Positions 25,173 through 39,259 of a DNA stretch of 64,000 nucleotides are shown one piece after another. Where the stretch lies: contig NW_025963791.1 in assembly GCF_023055435.1 (NCBI RefSeq), positions 33,294,001 through 33,358,000 on the forward strand, written 5' to 3'. How positions within the stretch are numbered: position 1 is the stretch's first letter; every line of letters begins with the position of its first letter. Below the pieces are notes generated by a model that saw only the letters and a list, made by a program, of their open reading frames with translations, was not told the origin of the DNA and did no database searches. Source of the DNA: Haliotis rufescens. Taxonomy: Eukaryota. Both the position numbers and the translations under genes were made by a program.

Positions 25173-27712
25173 CTGTAAAACATAAATAACTGTTCACTTT
25201 TACAAGAAATAGTTTCAGCTGAAGTTGTTCCATTTTGTAATGGCGTTACATGTGTTGTGTTTGAGACAATAAGATTTCTTGAGTTCGACTTCGGGGATAC
25301 CTTCCATATCAAGCTGACACGCGATGATATAACTGAAATACTGCATCAAGCGGCATTACACCAAACCCATTCCATCATGAACTTGTGTGCACCACTAAGT
25401 TTGCTGTAACGCCTCTGTAAATCCATGATTGAGTCGTTTACATATCATTTCTTGTCACAAAAATAACCACATCGACCCGTCCATAGTGCTACGGGGATAA
25501 TAGATTCTACATATCTTGACTTCATGTCAAACAAGGTGTTTCAGAAGCGTGTGTCTATGTATTTGTTTATACTATTGTTTCCATAAAATATGTTCCTACA
25601 TTATGTTTTTTTATGATTTCTGTCATAAGAACAGGCTTGATCATTTTTCCACACAATAAAAGATTTACCTTGAATAGATGAACCGAAACTGAATATATGA
25701 ATGTATAGTGATCGTGTGAGATGAGATTTGATGTCAACTTCTCTCATGTAGATGAGGCAGTATACTGTCGTAATTGATTCAAATGTGCATTTGTTTTTAT
25801 ATAATGAAAGCTAACTCTAAAACAACTACCAATAGGGTCTTGTATTGATGACCTGTAATCCACCTCCGTCAACACCAACCAAGCCTTGATTTACTGGTTG
25901 TAGACACGCCCCCTCACAGTCACAATACAAGAGAGGTAACTGTGAACGTTAGTATTCAGGACCAAGTCAACATATCTTTATTGTGTCATTTTTACACGTC
26001 GACGAATGACTTCGTTTACCTGAATGTGAAACATTTGTAAAACCCATAATAATAAAAGAAATATACATCAATGTGCTTTACATTTTTTTATTACCTTGGG
26101 GCCAACTATTTCTACTTTCGGTTTCTCTTCCTTTGATGTTTCTTGTGTTTACCATAACACTAAATTAAAGAAACGCATACCTTAAATAAGTTGATGCTGT
26201 CCTGAATAAACAGGTATACTAGTTCTTCATATGCACTGTGTGAGATTAAATTGTATGTCCTGGATGCCTTGAATATAACCAAATCCCGCCGAGGTACACA
26301 GCTATGCCAACCTGTCCCTTCCGCATGACATACAAGGGAGGTAACTGCGAAATCTCGACTAGTGGTGATTCATAAGCGATCAAAACTGATGACAACGTAG
26401 GTTCCTGGGTCGAATTCAGGATGATTCCTATAACAACTTGAGAGATCGGCACATTTCAATATAAACTGACAGTACACACTCTAAACAGTATTTTTCTAAT
26501 ATCCTAAGATGTTACACACACTCGTTTGACGTTTATATCAGAACAAGAAATAAAAGGTTGCATGCGTGAGGGAGAGTTTGGGCAAGCAGCTATATACCAT
26601 TTGTAGTGATTCACATGCAACAAATGTTTTAGATATGAAATATGCCACAGATAAATTAACTCTTTCTAACATGAAACGTAAATATAAATCTGACCAGTAT
26701 TTCTAAGTAATGTTAACGGGCAGATCAACACACCGTAATGTAAACATCTTAATCTCGAGAAACATGTAGGTGTTATACCAGTCTTACACCAACAGGCTTC
26801 TGGGGGCCTCCGCATGTTACAAAAAATAAATAAGAAAAGTCATGTATATTGTACGTCGGAGTGTCATGTATACTGTCGCGGAGTGTAATGTTAGTATCAG
26901 ATATGTTCACTGCATGCTGAATAATCTCTTGTTTCGTTTTACATGAACACAAAACCTGCATATGTGGCACGTGCGATACCCTACAGGTAATCTCTTACTT
27001 GTTTCCCTCAGTTCGTATGATTACTGATGTTAAGCCTCTGATTATAGCATGATATCATTTACTGATTTCAATACACGAGATTTAACGTATATATTTACGT
27101 GTTTTACTATTCCTTCATGATTTATTGATGTAATGATACATGGCCCTGATCGAGTTTGGATCTGTGTGATGAAGGAATATTCCTACTTACTGCTACCGGA
27201 CGGTTTTCATTTCCATATATCTATTGAGATAGTGTCATCTCCATGTGTAGGTATATGCTGGCTGAATGAGTTTTTATCTCACGATAGGCTGCGTTTACAA
27301 ATACTGATTTCCTCCTTCAATATCCCTTATGACCCTACAGAAAAACAAGTGAACGCTCATTTATATATGTGTGAGACTGGAAGAAACATAAAACGAAACA
27401 GCTGAGAAGCTAGCTTAAATTAAGTGTTTGTTTTAGTTGGCAACATGAATTCTTATATCAACCAAATAAGGATTGTAAAAGCATTCAAACATTTGTCTTC
27501 ATTAATCCCGCATTCGCTGCATTCAGCAATACTCCAACTATATGACGGTGGCCTGTAAACATTCGAATCTGGACCAGACAATCCAGTTATTGACATAATG
27601 AGCATCGACCAACGCAATTTGGATGCGATGATATGAATCAAGCAATTTGCCTGACTACCTGATCCCTCGACAGTAACTGCACAAAATGTCCAATACCCTC
27701 GTGAGAATAAGA

Positions 27713-30045
27713 GTGAGATCCCACTTTCAGATGAATATGTAACCATGAGATCCCGCATTTAGATCAATATGTAACCATGCGATGACACATCTAGATGAAT
27801 ATGTAGGCATGAGATCCCACTTTTAGATAAACACGTCAGCATGAGATCCAAACTTTAGATGAACATGTAAACATGGGATCCCACTTTTAGATGAACATGT
27901 AAACATGAGATCCCACTTTTAGATGAACATGTAAACATGAGATCCCACTTTTAGATGAACATGTAAACATGGGATCCCACTTTTAGATGAACATGTAAAC
28001 ATGAGATCCCACTTTTAGTTGAACATGTAAACATGAGATCCCACTTTTAGTTGAACATGTAAACTTGAGATCCCACTTTTAGATGAACATGTGAGCATGA
28101 GATCCCAACTTTTAGATGAACATGTAAACATGAGATCCCACTTTTAGATGAACATGTAAACATGGGATCCCACTTTTAGATGAACATGTAAACTTGGGAT
28201 CCCACTTTTAGATGAACATGTAAACATGATATCTAACTTTTAGATGAACATGTAAACATGAGATCCCACTTTTAGATGAACATGTAAACATGAGATCCCA
28301 CTTTTAAATGAACATGTAAACATGGGATCCCACTTTTAGATGAACATGTAAACATGAGATCCCACTTTTAGATGAACATGTAAACATGAGATCCCACTTT
28401 TAGATGAACATGTAAACATGAGATCCCACTTTTAGATGAACATGTAAACATGAGATCCCACTTTTAGATGAACATGTAAACATGAGATCCCACTTTGAGA
28501 TGAACATGTAAACATGAGATCCCACTTTTAGATGAACATGTGAGCATGAGATCCCACTTTTAGATGAACATGTGAGCATGAGATCCCACTTTTAGATGAA
28601 CATGTAAACATGAGATCCCACTTTTAAATGAACATGTAAACATGAGATCCCACTTTTAGATGAACATGTAAACATGAGATGAACTTGTAAGCATGAGGTT
28701 CCACTTTTAGATGAATATGTAGGCATGAGATCCCACTTTTAGATGAACATGTAAACATGAGATCCCACTTTTAGATGAACATGTAAACATGGGATCCCAC
28801 TTTTAGATGAACATGTAAACATGGGATCCCACTTTTAGATGAACATGTAAACATGGGATCCCACTGTTAGATGAACATGTAAACATGGGATCCCACTTTG
28901 AGATGAACATGTGAGCATGAAATCCCACTTTTAGATGAACATGTGAGCATGAGATCCCACTTTTAGATGAACATGTGAGCATGAGATCCCACTTTTAGAT
29001 GAACATGTAAACATGAGATCCCACTTTTAGATGAACATGTGAACATGAGATCCCACTTTTAGATGAACATGTAAACATGAGATCCCACTTTTAGATGAAC
29101 ATGTGAACATGAGATCCCACTTTTAGATGAACATGTGAGCATGAGATCCCACTTTTAGATGAACATGTGAGCATGAGATCCCACTTTTAGATGAACATGT
29201 AAACATGCGATCCCACTTTTAGATGAACATGTAAACATGGGATCCCACTTTTAGATGAACATGTAAACATGGGATCCCACTTTTAGATGAACATGTCAGC
29301 ATGAGATCCCACTTTTAGATGAACATGTGAGCATGAGATCCAACTTTTAGATGAACATGTAAACATGAGATCCCACTTTTAGATGAACATGTAAACATGG
29401 GATCCCACTTTGAGATGAACATGTAAACATGGAATCCCACTTTGAGATGAACATGTGAGCATGAGATCCCACTTTTAGATGAACATGTGAGCATGAGATC
29501 CCACTTTTAGATGAACATGTAAACATGAGATCCCACTTTTAAATGAACATGTAAACATGAGATCCCACTTTTAGATGAACATGTAAACATGAGATGAACT
29601 TGTAAGCATGAGGTTCCACTTTTAGATGAATATGTAGGCATGAGATCCCACTTTTAGATGAACATGTAAACATGAGCTCCCACTTTTAGATGAACATGTA
29701 AACATGGGATCCCACTTTTAGATGAACATGTAAACATGGGATCCCACTTTTAGATGAACATGTAAACATGGGATCCCACTTTTAGATGAACATGTAAACT
29801 TGGGATCCCACTTTTAGATGAACATGTGAGCATGAGGTTCCACTTTTAGATGAACATGTAAACATGAGATCCCACTTTTAGATGAACATGTGAGCATGAG
29901 ATCCCACTTTTAGATGAACATGTGAACATGAGATCCCACTTTTAGATGAACATGTAAACATGAGATGAACTTGTAAGCATGAGATCCCACTTTTAGGTGA
30001 ACATGCAAGCATGAGATTTCACCTTTAGATAAACATGTAAACATG
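27713..30045. repeat. 32-bp minisatellite (ATGAGATCCCACTTTTAGATGAACATGTAAAC)n, ~73 units
   Basis: Period read directly (27841 to 27873); highly homogeneous. Confidence 0.97.
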
Positions 30046-30086
30046 GTTTGAAATTAATAACAATCGCAACTAAAATTTGAAGCGTA

Positions 30087-30092
30087 TTTATT
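30087..30092 (-). promoter_or_regulatory. Candidate polyadenylation signal for FUT copy B
   Basis: AATAAA on the minus strand 215 nt after the stop codon, just before the 32-bp satellite. Confidence 0.45.
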
Positions 30093-30306
30093 TTCAAACA
30101 ACTCAGGAAATGATTGCCTGCCCACATTTAGCTGATCACTCACGCTCCTCGTTGGATAAAGTTTGCAATAGTAAGTAAAGGACAAGTAATACACATCTAT
30201 CACGTCAGATATGATATATTTGTTAATGGATGCAGGCGGGTTTTGTGTTTTAAATACAGATTCAAGTAAACTCCATAAGTTACTTTTTATCCTAGTAAAA
30301 CCTGCT

Positions 30307-33300
30307 CTACAAGTCTTCCTGTTTCGCCTGCACCTTTCTCAATCGTTGTTTTGTGGCTGTGTACAGGTCGTGAGACGTGATGTTCTCAGCCCTGTCATAG
30401 AACTGGCGGAACACCTGCGCGTTCATATGGTAGAATGCCAACTCATGCTTTCGGCGATGGTCGGGGACGATTTGGCCGTTTTCGTCAAATTTCTGTGCAG
30501 GTAAAGGACATCCAAAATGGTTCAGATTTGCCTGTGCTTTCGCGACAGGCTTCCCGGCTTTAGTTGCATCAAGCGCCTTGTGAAGTTTGTCACAGAGGAA
30601 ACACTCATATCCTGAAGCAGCCTTCCCAAAACTTCCTCCTGCATACTCCCCTGGTGATACCCGGGCGAGTTCTGACTTCAGCCTTGGATTTGAAATACCC
30701 GTGTGTTTGAATTGGAGGTATGACTCATACTGTTCGTCGTTCCGATCAAGCTGCTTGATGAACGCAGCCAAGTCTTGAAAAGTGTCAAAGTCTTCGACCA
30801 GAATCGCTGATTTGGTGGATGGTAAAAAGTCCTGAAAGTACGTTTTAAGTAGAGCTGATTTTAAATTGCATTTATTTGAATAGAACAAACTACAATCAGA
30901 AAAAAAGATGTATAATAATTACTATTCTTTCCGAGGCTGAGAGCTAAGATTCTAGTCGACTACATGTTTGTTCAATTAATGACAAATATATTTTCAAAGT
31001 CCTTTCACGCCGTTAATGCCACAGTACACATTTATAACATGACCATAAAACAGAAATGATTTATCGGCACAGTCGCACTTTAATATTCATTCTTTATTCG
31101 TTAGTTTATCTTTCTTCTTTAGTTTTTCTCATTCAGCTCTTCAGATAATAGAAACAGATCACAATGGGGTTCACAGTTTCAAATCATATATTAAGTTACT
31201 GTATTATTGTGTCTGGATGTGTCCTCGAAGGTGACATGAACATTTCGGCGTATATACGTCAAACGTAGAACCCGTGATTCTTAAATTGTGGTTGAAAAAT
31301 AATCCTGATGATAACAATGGATCAGCGACAATCTTTCTTCGCTGTCGAACCCTCCACCTGTGCATGGATGACCAGCTACTCCGTTAGCCTGGTGTAACGA
31401 CTATCAGTTGAGTAGCTTACTGCAAAACGTTTTCATTCATCCGGTACACGAGACGATAGCTATATTTAAGACCAAAGCTTACCTTCTGCCCTATCGTAGT
31501 CGTTTATTGTATCGAAGTTGTTTAGAACATGTAATTATGATTATGCCCTTAAATCTACGACTTACGACTTTGTGTGTCTTGGGTGCAGCCTAAGAAAATA
31601 TATAATTACTTATGTACCCTCACGAAAATGCCACCACACAAACAAGACATCTCGGCCATGTTTTTGTCTAGTGGTCCAAGTAAAAGAACATTTACTCTCA
31701 CCGAAATGTGTCCACACACAAAAGTCATCTCACCCTGATTGTCGGCGAGCCGAGCACAATAGGGACAGTTCCCACCTGTAGAGGGCGCCACAACTTCTCT
31801 GTGATGTAGTCGCCACAGATGGCGTTCTCAAAAGCCATAGCAAACTTGTAGCGGGCGACAAATCTCAAAAAGTCTGGCTTCAAGAAGCCTGCTATACCGT
31901 CGAGATTCTTGAATCTATATGCAACAGAAAAAGAATGGTTACAGTTAAATAGTTGCAAAGTGCTTTGTTCTTCATTCCACACTGCATGTATCTTTCTAAC
32001 AAAATAGATAGACTTGCCCAGTCTACATTTTGATAACAGTGAGTGCATGTAGGTCGGAAATGTGGTAAAAGATTATGAGCTGTACTGACCATACTATATA
32101 TTATGAGGACAAATTAACATTGAGTTGAAATGATAATGAGCCCAGTTACATGTATGACATGGCCTAAACGATGGGTTCCATTTGCCTCCAAAATAGCATA
32201 ACATATATGACTAAGTNNNNNNNNNNNNNNNNNNNNNNNNNNNNNNNNNNNNNNNNNNNNNNNNNNNNNNNNNNNNNNNNNNNNNNNNNNNNNNNNNNNN
32301 NNNNNNNNNNNNNNNNNNNNNNNNNNNNNNNNNNNNNNNNNNNNNNNNNNNNNNNNNNNNNNNNNNNNNNNNNNNNNNNNNNNNNNNNNNNNNNNNNNNN
32401 NNNNNNNNNNNNNNNNNNNNNNNNNNNNNNNNNNNNNNNNNNNNNNNNNNNNNNNNNNNNNNNNNNNNNNNNNNNNNNNNNNNNNNNNNNNNNNNNNNNN
32501 NNNNNGTTGATAATATTCGTTGAAAGTGCATATTCCCTGTGTATGTGTGTGTGCATGTCTGCATGTATGTGTGTGTGTCTTTATGCGTGTATGTCTGTGT
32601 GTGTGTGTCTTTATGTGTGTATGTGTATGAATGTGTATGTGTGTGTCTGTATGTGTGACTGTATCAGTGTGTATGTGTCTGTATGTATGTGTGACTGTAT
32701 CAGTGTGTATATGTGTGTCTGCATGTGTGTCTGTATTCGTGTATGTCTGTCTGTATGTCTGTGTGTGTGTCTGTATGTGTATGTCTGTCTGTATGTCTGT
32801 GTGTGTGTCTGAATTCGTGTATGTTTGTTTGTGTGTCTGTGTTTGTGTCTGTATGTGTGTGTCTGAATTCGTGTATGTCTGTCTGTATGTCTGTGTGTGT
32901 GTATGTTTGACTGCATATGGTTCAGGTGGACTCACTCTTCTGGGAAGTCCTTGTTGTGGAGACAAGGGCCGTAGGAATCTACATCGACGTATTTCTGCAA
33001 CGTCTTGACGTACTGCTCCCTGTTGGATGGTGTGTTGCAGTCGCTGTGGACAAATATAATTGGAGCTAGGCCACCATCTGTCCTCATCACGTTCTTTCTG
33101 TCTGTGGGGACTAAATATTCTTTACTGAGCAGTGTCTCTTTGTTTGTCAGCCAGTGGGTGGTGAGCGGGTAGTCAGAACCCCTCTTGAAAGTCGATGTGT
33201 AGTTGAACAGCTCTATAGTGCTCCTGAATGAAAACAGCCAATCTTTGTTCATGGGCGACTCTTCGTGGATCAATGCCCAAATATCGCCATCCTTCCTTGG

Positions 33301-35794
33301 AAAAGGAAGAGCACTCGACAGAAAGAATGAGCCGTAAAATACGTACATCTGAAAATATAAATGGAACATTGATAGTCCCTCTGACAAAAGGTACAACTTC
33401 TGACTGTCTATGTTCTGAAGGCGTCACGGACGAGTGTGCGCAGTGTGGCCATTTGACGCCAAGGTTGTCGTGCGTTTTTCGCTTTGAAAGAAGAGGCTGT
33501 TGTGACGACGTTTTTAATGTTGCGGTGAACACGAATGAAATAAAACTATCTGCGACAGGCATCAGCAAACTTACTGATGCGAGACTTATCTCTAAAGTTC
33601 ATGTCAGTCTAATCCCCTATAACCTACATAATATATCGCGATAATGGTCGGTTGTCAGAACACTGAAATCATGACGCTCCATGAAGGTAGATACTTTTCG
33701 GTAGTTTCTTTCGCAAACATGCCTACACACATAGTTGACATGATCGACCGTTTGTACTGGTAAAGCTTAATGTGACGGTGACACAATTTCAGTAACACAT
33801 AGAGCAGGTAAATTGCAATGGAAGCGTCACTCAGTAGCCGTCTCATCCAAAATCATCGCAAACATTTACCGTGTATATGTTGTCATGGTAACTCACCATG
33901 ACTTCCTGATGCTGCAGTCGTGTCTTGTTCCTGGACACGAGACATCTCTGTTGCGTCTCACAGGAGATGACATAATCAGGATATTTGCCTGTCGACTCCC
34001 ACCAAGTCAAGACTGGCAGGGTGGCGTGACTCTCATCCACCTCATAGCTGACGACTTGCCCTGCACAGTGAAAATGTAAACATAGCTCAATCCAACCTCT
34101 CCGTCGGTGGGGCGGTGGACGGGTCGGTGGAAGGGTCGGTGGGTGGCTCGGTGGAAGGGTGGGTGGGTCGGTGGGTGGGTCGGTCAGTGGGACCACGTTT
34201 CTCAGGTCACGGTCATTGCAGACTCTCAATATTCAAGTCTGGACCAAACAAACCTTGAATTTTAAGCCCTGATGAACGACAGGTTTCGATCCATGTCGAT
34301 TCGTACGAAAACCGAAGTATCCTGAGAACCAATTCTACCCCGAAATCACCATGGAGACCATGTTCTACATCAGGGCATGGGAGGTAACCATATCTGAAGT
34401 GGTCAGTGCCATTCCCTCACCATAACATACAGAACCAGATCTATCAACTCTGTCCCATCCAGATTCGATGACTGAAGATACAGGGATACAGTGGCAGTAT
34501 GGCTTGGTTCGTTAACATGAATACAGTCCCATGACTCCAGGTGACTGAAACATGCTGACACGAACACAAGACACGGACATCGCAACTGATGAAAGAAAGA
34601 TGTTTTACTGTATTCGACGTAATAAGCGCCCAGGGCGCTCCCAAAATTAGAAATAAGAGGCTCTTATTAGAATATAATTTTCGTGAGAACAAAAAACAGT
34701 TGAAAGATAGTAAATTTCGTGGTTTATGCTAACAGCATGAAATGATACAAAAGAAAAGTCTGTGCGTATTATACACGACAGATATTTTTTCAATAATTTA
34801 ATTGCCCATAATTAAGGGTGCATATTACACACGAGTGCGTATTGTACACTTATAGATAAGTCTTGTGAACATTGATTAATCGGAAGGGGTGCTAATTAGG
34901 ATTGTTCACTAGCAATTCAATATCTCAGCAAATATGGGCGCTTATTATAGCGGGGCGCTTATTACGTCGAATACGGTATGTTGTTTTCGTAAATGTTCTG
35001 ACATCCTTCCTTGTCTCATGTTTTTATGACCTACTAACTTCACAGTACATATCAATCATACTACAGCGACAAAACCGTTTCCATATTAATAAGAAATCTA
35101 TCCTGAAAGCAGATTCGTTTACAATTCCGACTATATGATGATCATGTGTTTAGTAATCACTATCAAATAGTGATGACACCAGGGGCTCGCGAAAAGGTGA
35201 GCGTATCCTGCCCCACCTTTGGCACTCGTCACAAACACATGCAAAGGCCCGTCAATTGTTCACTTAAATACACGAGAACATATGGAACAAGTCAAATTAT
35301 GGAAAAGCATTGGATATTATTTTTTACATGTATTATATCCGTGAAAATATTTAAAAGATAATTATTAGCAACATTTAGCCTCAATGTGTTAGGTAAAGAA
35401 ATAGTGACCAACGTACCATCACCCACTGTGTAACAAGTCCAAATCAACACCAAAAGCGAGATCTTATCTGAAACACACAATTTCTCAATATCATGGTGTC
35501 AAAATACTAAAGTATGAAGACACATTTTTTCACAACGTGTTTTGCAGAACACTGCACATGCCAAGTTAACAATATATCATTGTGGGTAGCAAATGGTCTT
35601 GCGGTATTGAAGAGTATGAGTAGGTTGACGTTGTATAACCGAATCACAAGTCATCCTCAAAACAAAATAGCCATACTATAGCCAAGTGAATATGAAACTG
35701 TACATAAATTACACATCACTGTCTTTATACATGATCAATATCCTGTTGTATCAATAATCCATGTAACTAAGTAACTTAACTAACCTGGAAGCAT
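30307..35794 (-). CDS. Alpha-1,3-fucosyltransferase / protein O-fucosyltransferase FUT10/FUT11-like (GT10), copy B, complete (447 aa)
   Basis: Exons (minus): 35794-35785 (tentative), 35467-35417, 34060-33897, 33348-32936, 31914-31734, 30831-30307; 1344 nt total, phases consistent. Contains the alpha-1,3-FucT motif [34 protein letters not shown] and FUT10/11 C-terminal motifs YECFLC and HFGCPLP. Confidence 0.92.
32538..32908. repeat. TG/CA-rich compound simple repeat in the FUT copy B intron
   Basis: Paralogous to 220-1776. Confidence 0.92.
34608..34976. mobile_element. Tc1/mariner/pogo-type MITE (paralogue of 3810-4178)
   Basis: TIRs and flanking TA. Confidence 0.85.
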
Positions 35795-36063
35795 AACTCA
35801 GAGCAATCACCCCGTCTCGATCAATGGCACAGTTTATCAGCATTTCCCATTAACAAAATATACCCAAGGCGCGCTGATGCATCCCGTCTCGGTTGAATGT
35901 CGTGTCTCTGGGGGTATACTTCACACACACACTAACGTACCCGGCCAGGCGAGTCCACTCAAGCATATGTTCACCCACCCGTATGACTGAGTCAGTAATC
36001 GCTGTCAATAACGGACAAAGTACTTTCCAGATCGCATTACAGAATCAACTAACATACAGTTAG

Positions 36064-36182
36064 GTGAGGTGAAATGTGTTTAACGTCGCGTCCAAGATTA
36101 TTGCACTTATATATGCATGCACATGTGTGTGTGTGCGTGCGTGCGTGCGTGCGTGTGTTTGTTTGTGTGGCTGCTTGTACTA
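36064..36182 (-). mobile_element. SINE family B 3' fragment
   Basis: GGTGAGGTGAAATG..TTAACGTCGCGTCCAAGATTATTGCAC..GTGGCTGCTTGTACTA; same left flank as the copy at 5266. Confidence 0.8.
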
Positions 36183-36434
36183 TGAAGGAGTAAGCATATA
36201 CTCCGTAACGTTGTGTTCCTCTTGATAAAGAAGTTGACATCCATATATTCTCTGCTTTATGTGCAGCATCACTTCTAAATTCCTTTAAAAGATTTAAATA
36301 ATTATGTTTACAATTATAGGGTACTAAATACTAAGTATCGTGCAGAAAACACGACAGACATCTACAAGAAGAATGTATTTCAACAAAGATCTTGCTATAT
36401 GGCGCTTTTCTATATACGACTGTGCCGTCATATA

Positions 36435-37960
36435 AACTAGTGTCCAAAAGAAACGATACCAACTTATTTTCAAAATTGTTTTTTACTAAGTGAATTGTCA
36501 AGTATGAAAACATGCCAATTCGTATTGCACATCCCAAACACAGCATAGTCGATAAAAAATACCGGGAACATGTGATCACTTCCGGGAAAAAACGTAAATT
36601 TCGTGAAAGTGACATTTCCCTCTCTAGCATGTTCTGCACGTGCAGAAAAACTGTATAAAACGGCTGATCAGACACGTTGATATCACAGCAACAAAAAGAA
36701 CACAAGATATGCCACGTTTGACAGCCATCGAGAGAGAGAGAGCCGTTTGAATGGCCCAACAAGGAGCGTCACACGTCGACGTCGCCAGAAGGTTGGGCTG
36801 CGCACGCATCACTATCACCAGGTTGATGCAGCGGTTACGTCAGACAGGTCAGACGTCAGACAGGCCCAGGAGTGGAAGACCACTAGTAACCACGCCCCGT
36901 GAAGATCGTTACATCCGGGTATTACACCTGAGGAACCGCACCGTAACAGCGACGTCCACGGTGGCTACAGCACTGGGACACAGGATCAGTCGACAGACCG
37001 TCTACAGGAGACTACGGCAGTATGGTATCCGGCCACGTCATCCCTACCGCGGACCGCTCCTGACGCCTCGACACCGGAACAACAGACTGATCTGGGCCAG
37101 GCGAGTTCGACGTTGGCAACGGCGGGACTGGGCACGTGTTATGTTCTCTGATGAGAGCAGATTCCTCATCTTCAGAAACGATGGACGGCAGCTTGTATAC
37201 CGACGATTTGGTGAACGTTTGGCGCCTAACTGTATCCAACAGGTCCGGCCGTTTGGAGGTGGAGGGTTAATGGTTTGGGGTGGCATATGTGGTGACGTCA
37301 GAACGATGCTTGTCGTAATTCGTGGAAACCTGAATGCACAGCGTTATCTTGGTGACATCCTACGGCCTGTTGTGGTGCCCTTTATTCAGCAACAGCCTCG
37401 TGGACTCCTTTTCCAACATGACAATGCAAGGCCACACACAGCAAGATTGACACAGAACTTCCTTGCCAACGCCAACGTACAGGTTTTGCCATGGCCCGCA
37501 TGTTCACCGGACATGAATCCCATCGAGCACTTATGGGACCACCTCGATCGGCAAATCCGACGTCGCCGTGTGCCTCCAACGTCCAGGACTTGGAACGATG
37601 TCTCCTCGAGGAATGGCAACGCATCACTCCCAACGTCATCAGACGTTTGACGTCATCAGTCCGTAGGCGTGTTCTGGCATGTATTGATGCTCACGGTGGA
37701 CATACCCGCTACTGACTTGACTTTGAGACGTGTGGTGTGACATTTCCCGTTGTTTCTGTGATCAGTGTTCATTTTTCGACCTCACCCATCTTTAAAGGCT
37801 TGTCATATTGGTTGTACAGATTTAATTGAAATGAAATTTTTGTACAGATGTTGTGAAAGGATTTCTCAAAAGCATAACACCAATCCTAAACTTCTGCATT
37901 GTTTAGTTTTTCTTTTATGTCGTTGCAAACAGGTGGTATCGTTTCTTTTGGACACTAGTT
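36435..37960 (+). mobile_element. Full-length Tc1-family DNA transposon (DD34E), 1526 bp
   Basis: Perfect 27-bp TIRs AACTAGTGTCCAAAAGAAACGATACCA (36435-36461 / 37934-37960), TA at both flanks, internal transposase. Confidence 0.97.
36709..37715 (+). pseudogene. Tc1 transposase, disrupted
   Basis: MPRLTAIERERAV*MAQ (TGA at 36748-36750); paired-like HTH, RSGRP, FSDES, HDNARPH-34aa-NPIEHLW; frameshift near 37578 separates the C-terminus NVQDLER...GGHTRY*. Confidence 0.93.
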
Positions 37961-38204
37961 TATTTTGCTTCACAATCAATGAAGAACGAAACCTTTGCAA
38001 GGTTTGTTTAGTTTTCTTTAGGGGTGCCCACCTCATGTTAGCTCATGAAGTTGCCGTGCTACACGCTTTAAGTGCCTGTCATAAGTTCGAATGATGTATT
38101 ACGGTGAAAACAAACTGCTTGAGCATATAGAGTGCTGTATTTTGTTTAACGGTTGTTATTGGTGATTCCTTAAATTCAGACCGACATCTTATTCAAAACA
38201 CTGG

Positions 38205-38313
38205 GGACGGGGGACGCCAGAAATAAGCTTCACACATTGTACCCATGCGGGGAATCGAACCAGTCTTTGGCGTGACCAGCGAACGGTTTAACCACTAGGC
38301 TCCCCCACCGCCC
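38205..38313 (-). mobile_element. SINE family A partial copy; older degraded copies at ~38487-38647 (+), ~24513-24610 (+), ~53180-53285 (+)
   Basis: CTTCACACATTGTACCCATG..GGAATCGAACC..TTTAACCACTAGGCT shared with intact copies. Confidence 0.8.
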
Positions 38314-39259
38314 CGTATTACTATAATGATAAAACTTCTGTTATTCTCATTTGGGACAAAAGTAAGTTTGGTCAACGGTGAAATAACATTGGAAATGTAC
38401 ATTCAACGCCGGATATTTTGCGAATATTATTTAATAATAAACACTGTTCCTAGGTTCCATTACTGTTCATGTATGTTTTATCTTAGGGGCGATGTGGTAG
38501 TTAAATGGTGACCGCTGGTCACGCCAAAGGCCCGGATTCAATTGCCAGATTGGAAGATAGTTTGACACCCATTTCTAGATCTTGTGCTAGCCGCTGTGAT
38601 GTTGCTGGGATATCGCTAAACGTGGCGTAAAACCGAACTCACTTACTCCTGTTCTATTTTGGGACCTGCTGGTCTCAAAGAGTTCGGTATTTCAGGATTA
38701 ACTTGTATTTAGTGAAACATTAATCATGATGAAAGGATAAAAATATTGCCCTAGATATTATGATTGGTCAGGTCGCATATGCCTATTAACGGCACACATA
38801 GCAATTAAGGCCAGACACTTCAACAGGTATTGACAGACCATGTCAGAGATCAATACGGAGTAGTCAAATCTGAGTAGGACTTTCAGCTTATGATGTTCAA
38901 CACACATACTTATTCAATATCAAATCCGATAATATGTCACGTTCTGGCTTTATTAAATTGTATACTTCATTTATATCTTTGAGTATCAACATGTCAAACT
39001 ACACAACAAACAATATATTTTTCTTTTACTGTCGTAACATGTTTATCTCATCTCGTGTCCTGACAAAGTTAAGATTTTCACTCGTGTACATGTCAACTGT
39101 GTCCGGTCACTCGAACACACAAAGAAATTAATTATATCTTCTATTTAATGCCACACACTGCAACACAACACTAAAACCTGTCGCCAGGCTTATTGGTATG
39201 CAGTCATAAAATGTCACGTACGTTGCACGCTTGTCATAATGGATTGATGTGGGTGTGGA

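Noticed and set aside
27713-30045. CRISPR-like array (32-bp repeats); likewise the 17-bp and 45-bp arrays
   Set aside because: Head-to-tail units without unique spacers, no cas genes, eukaryotic context
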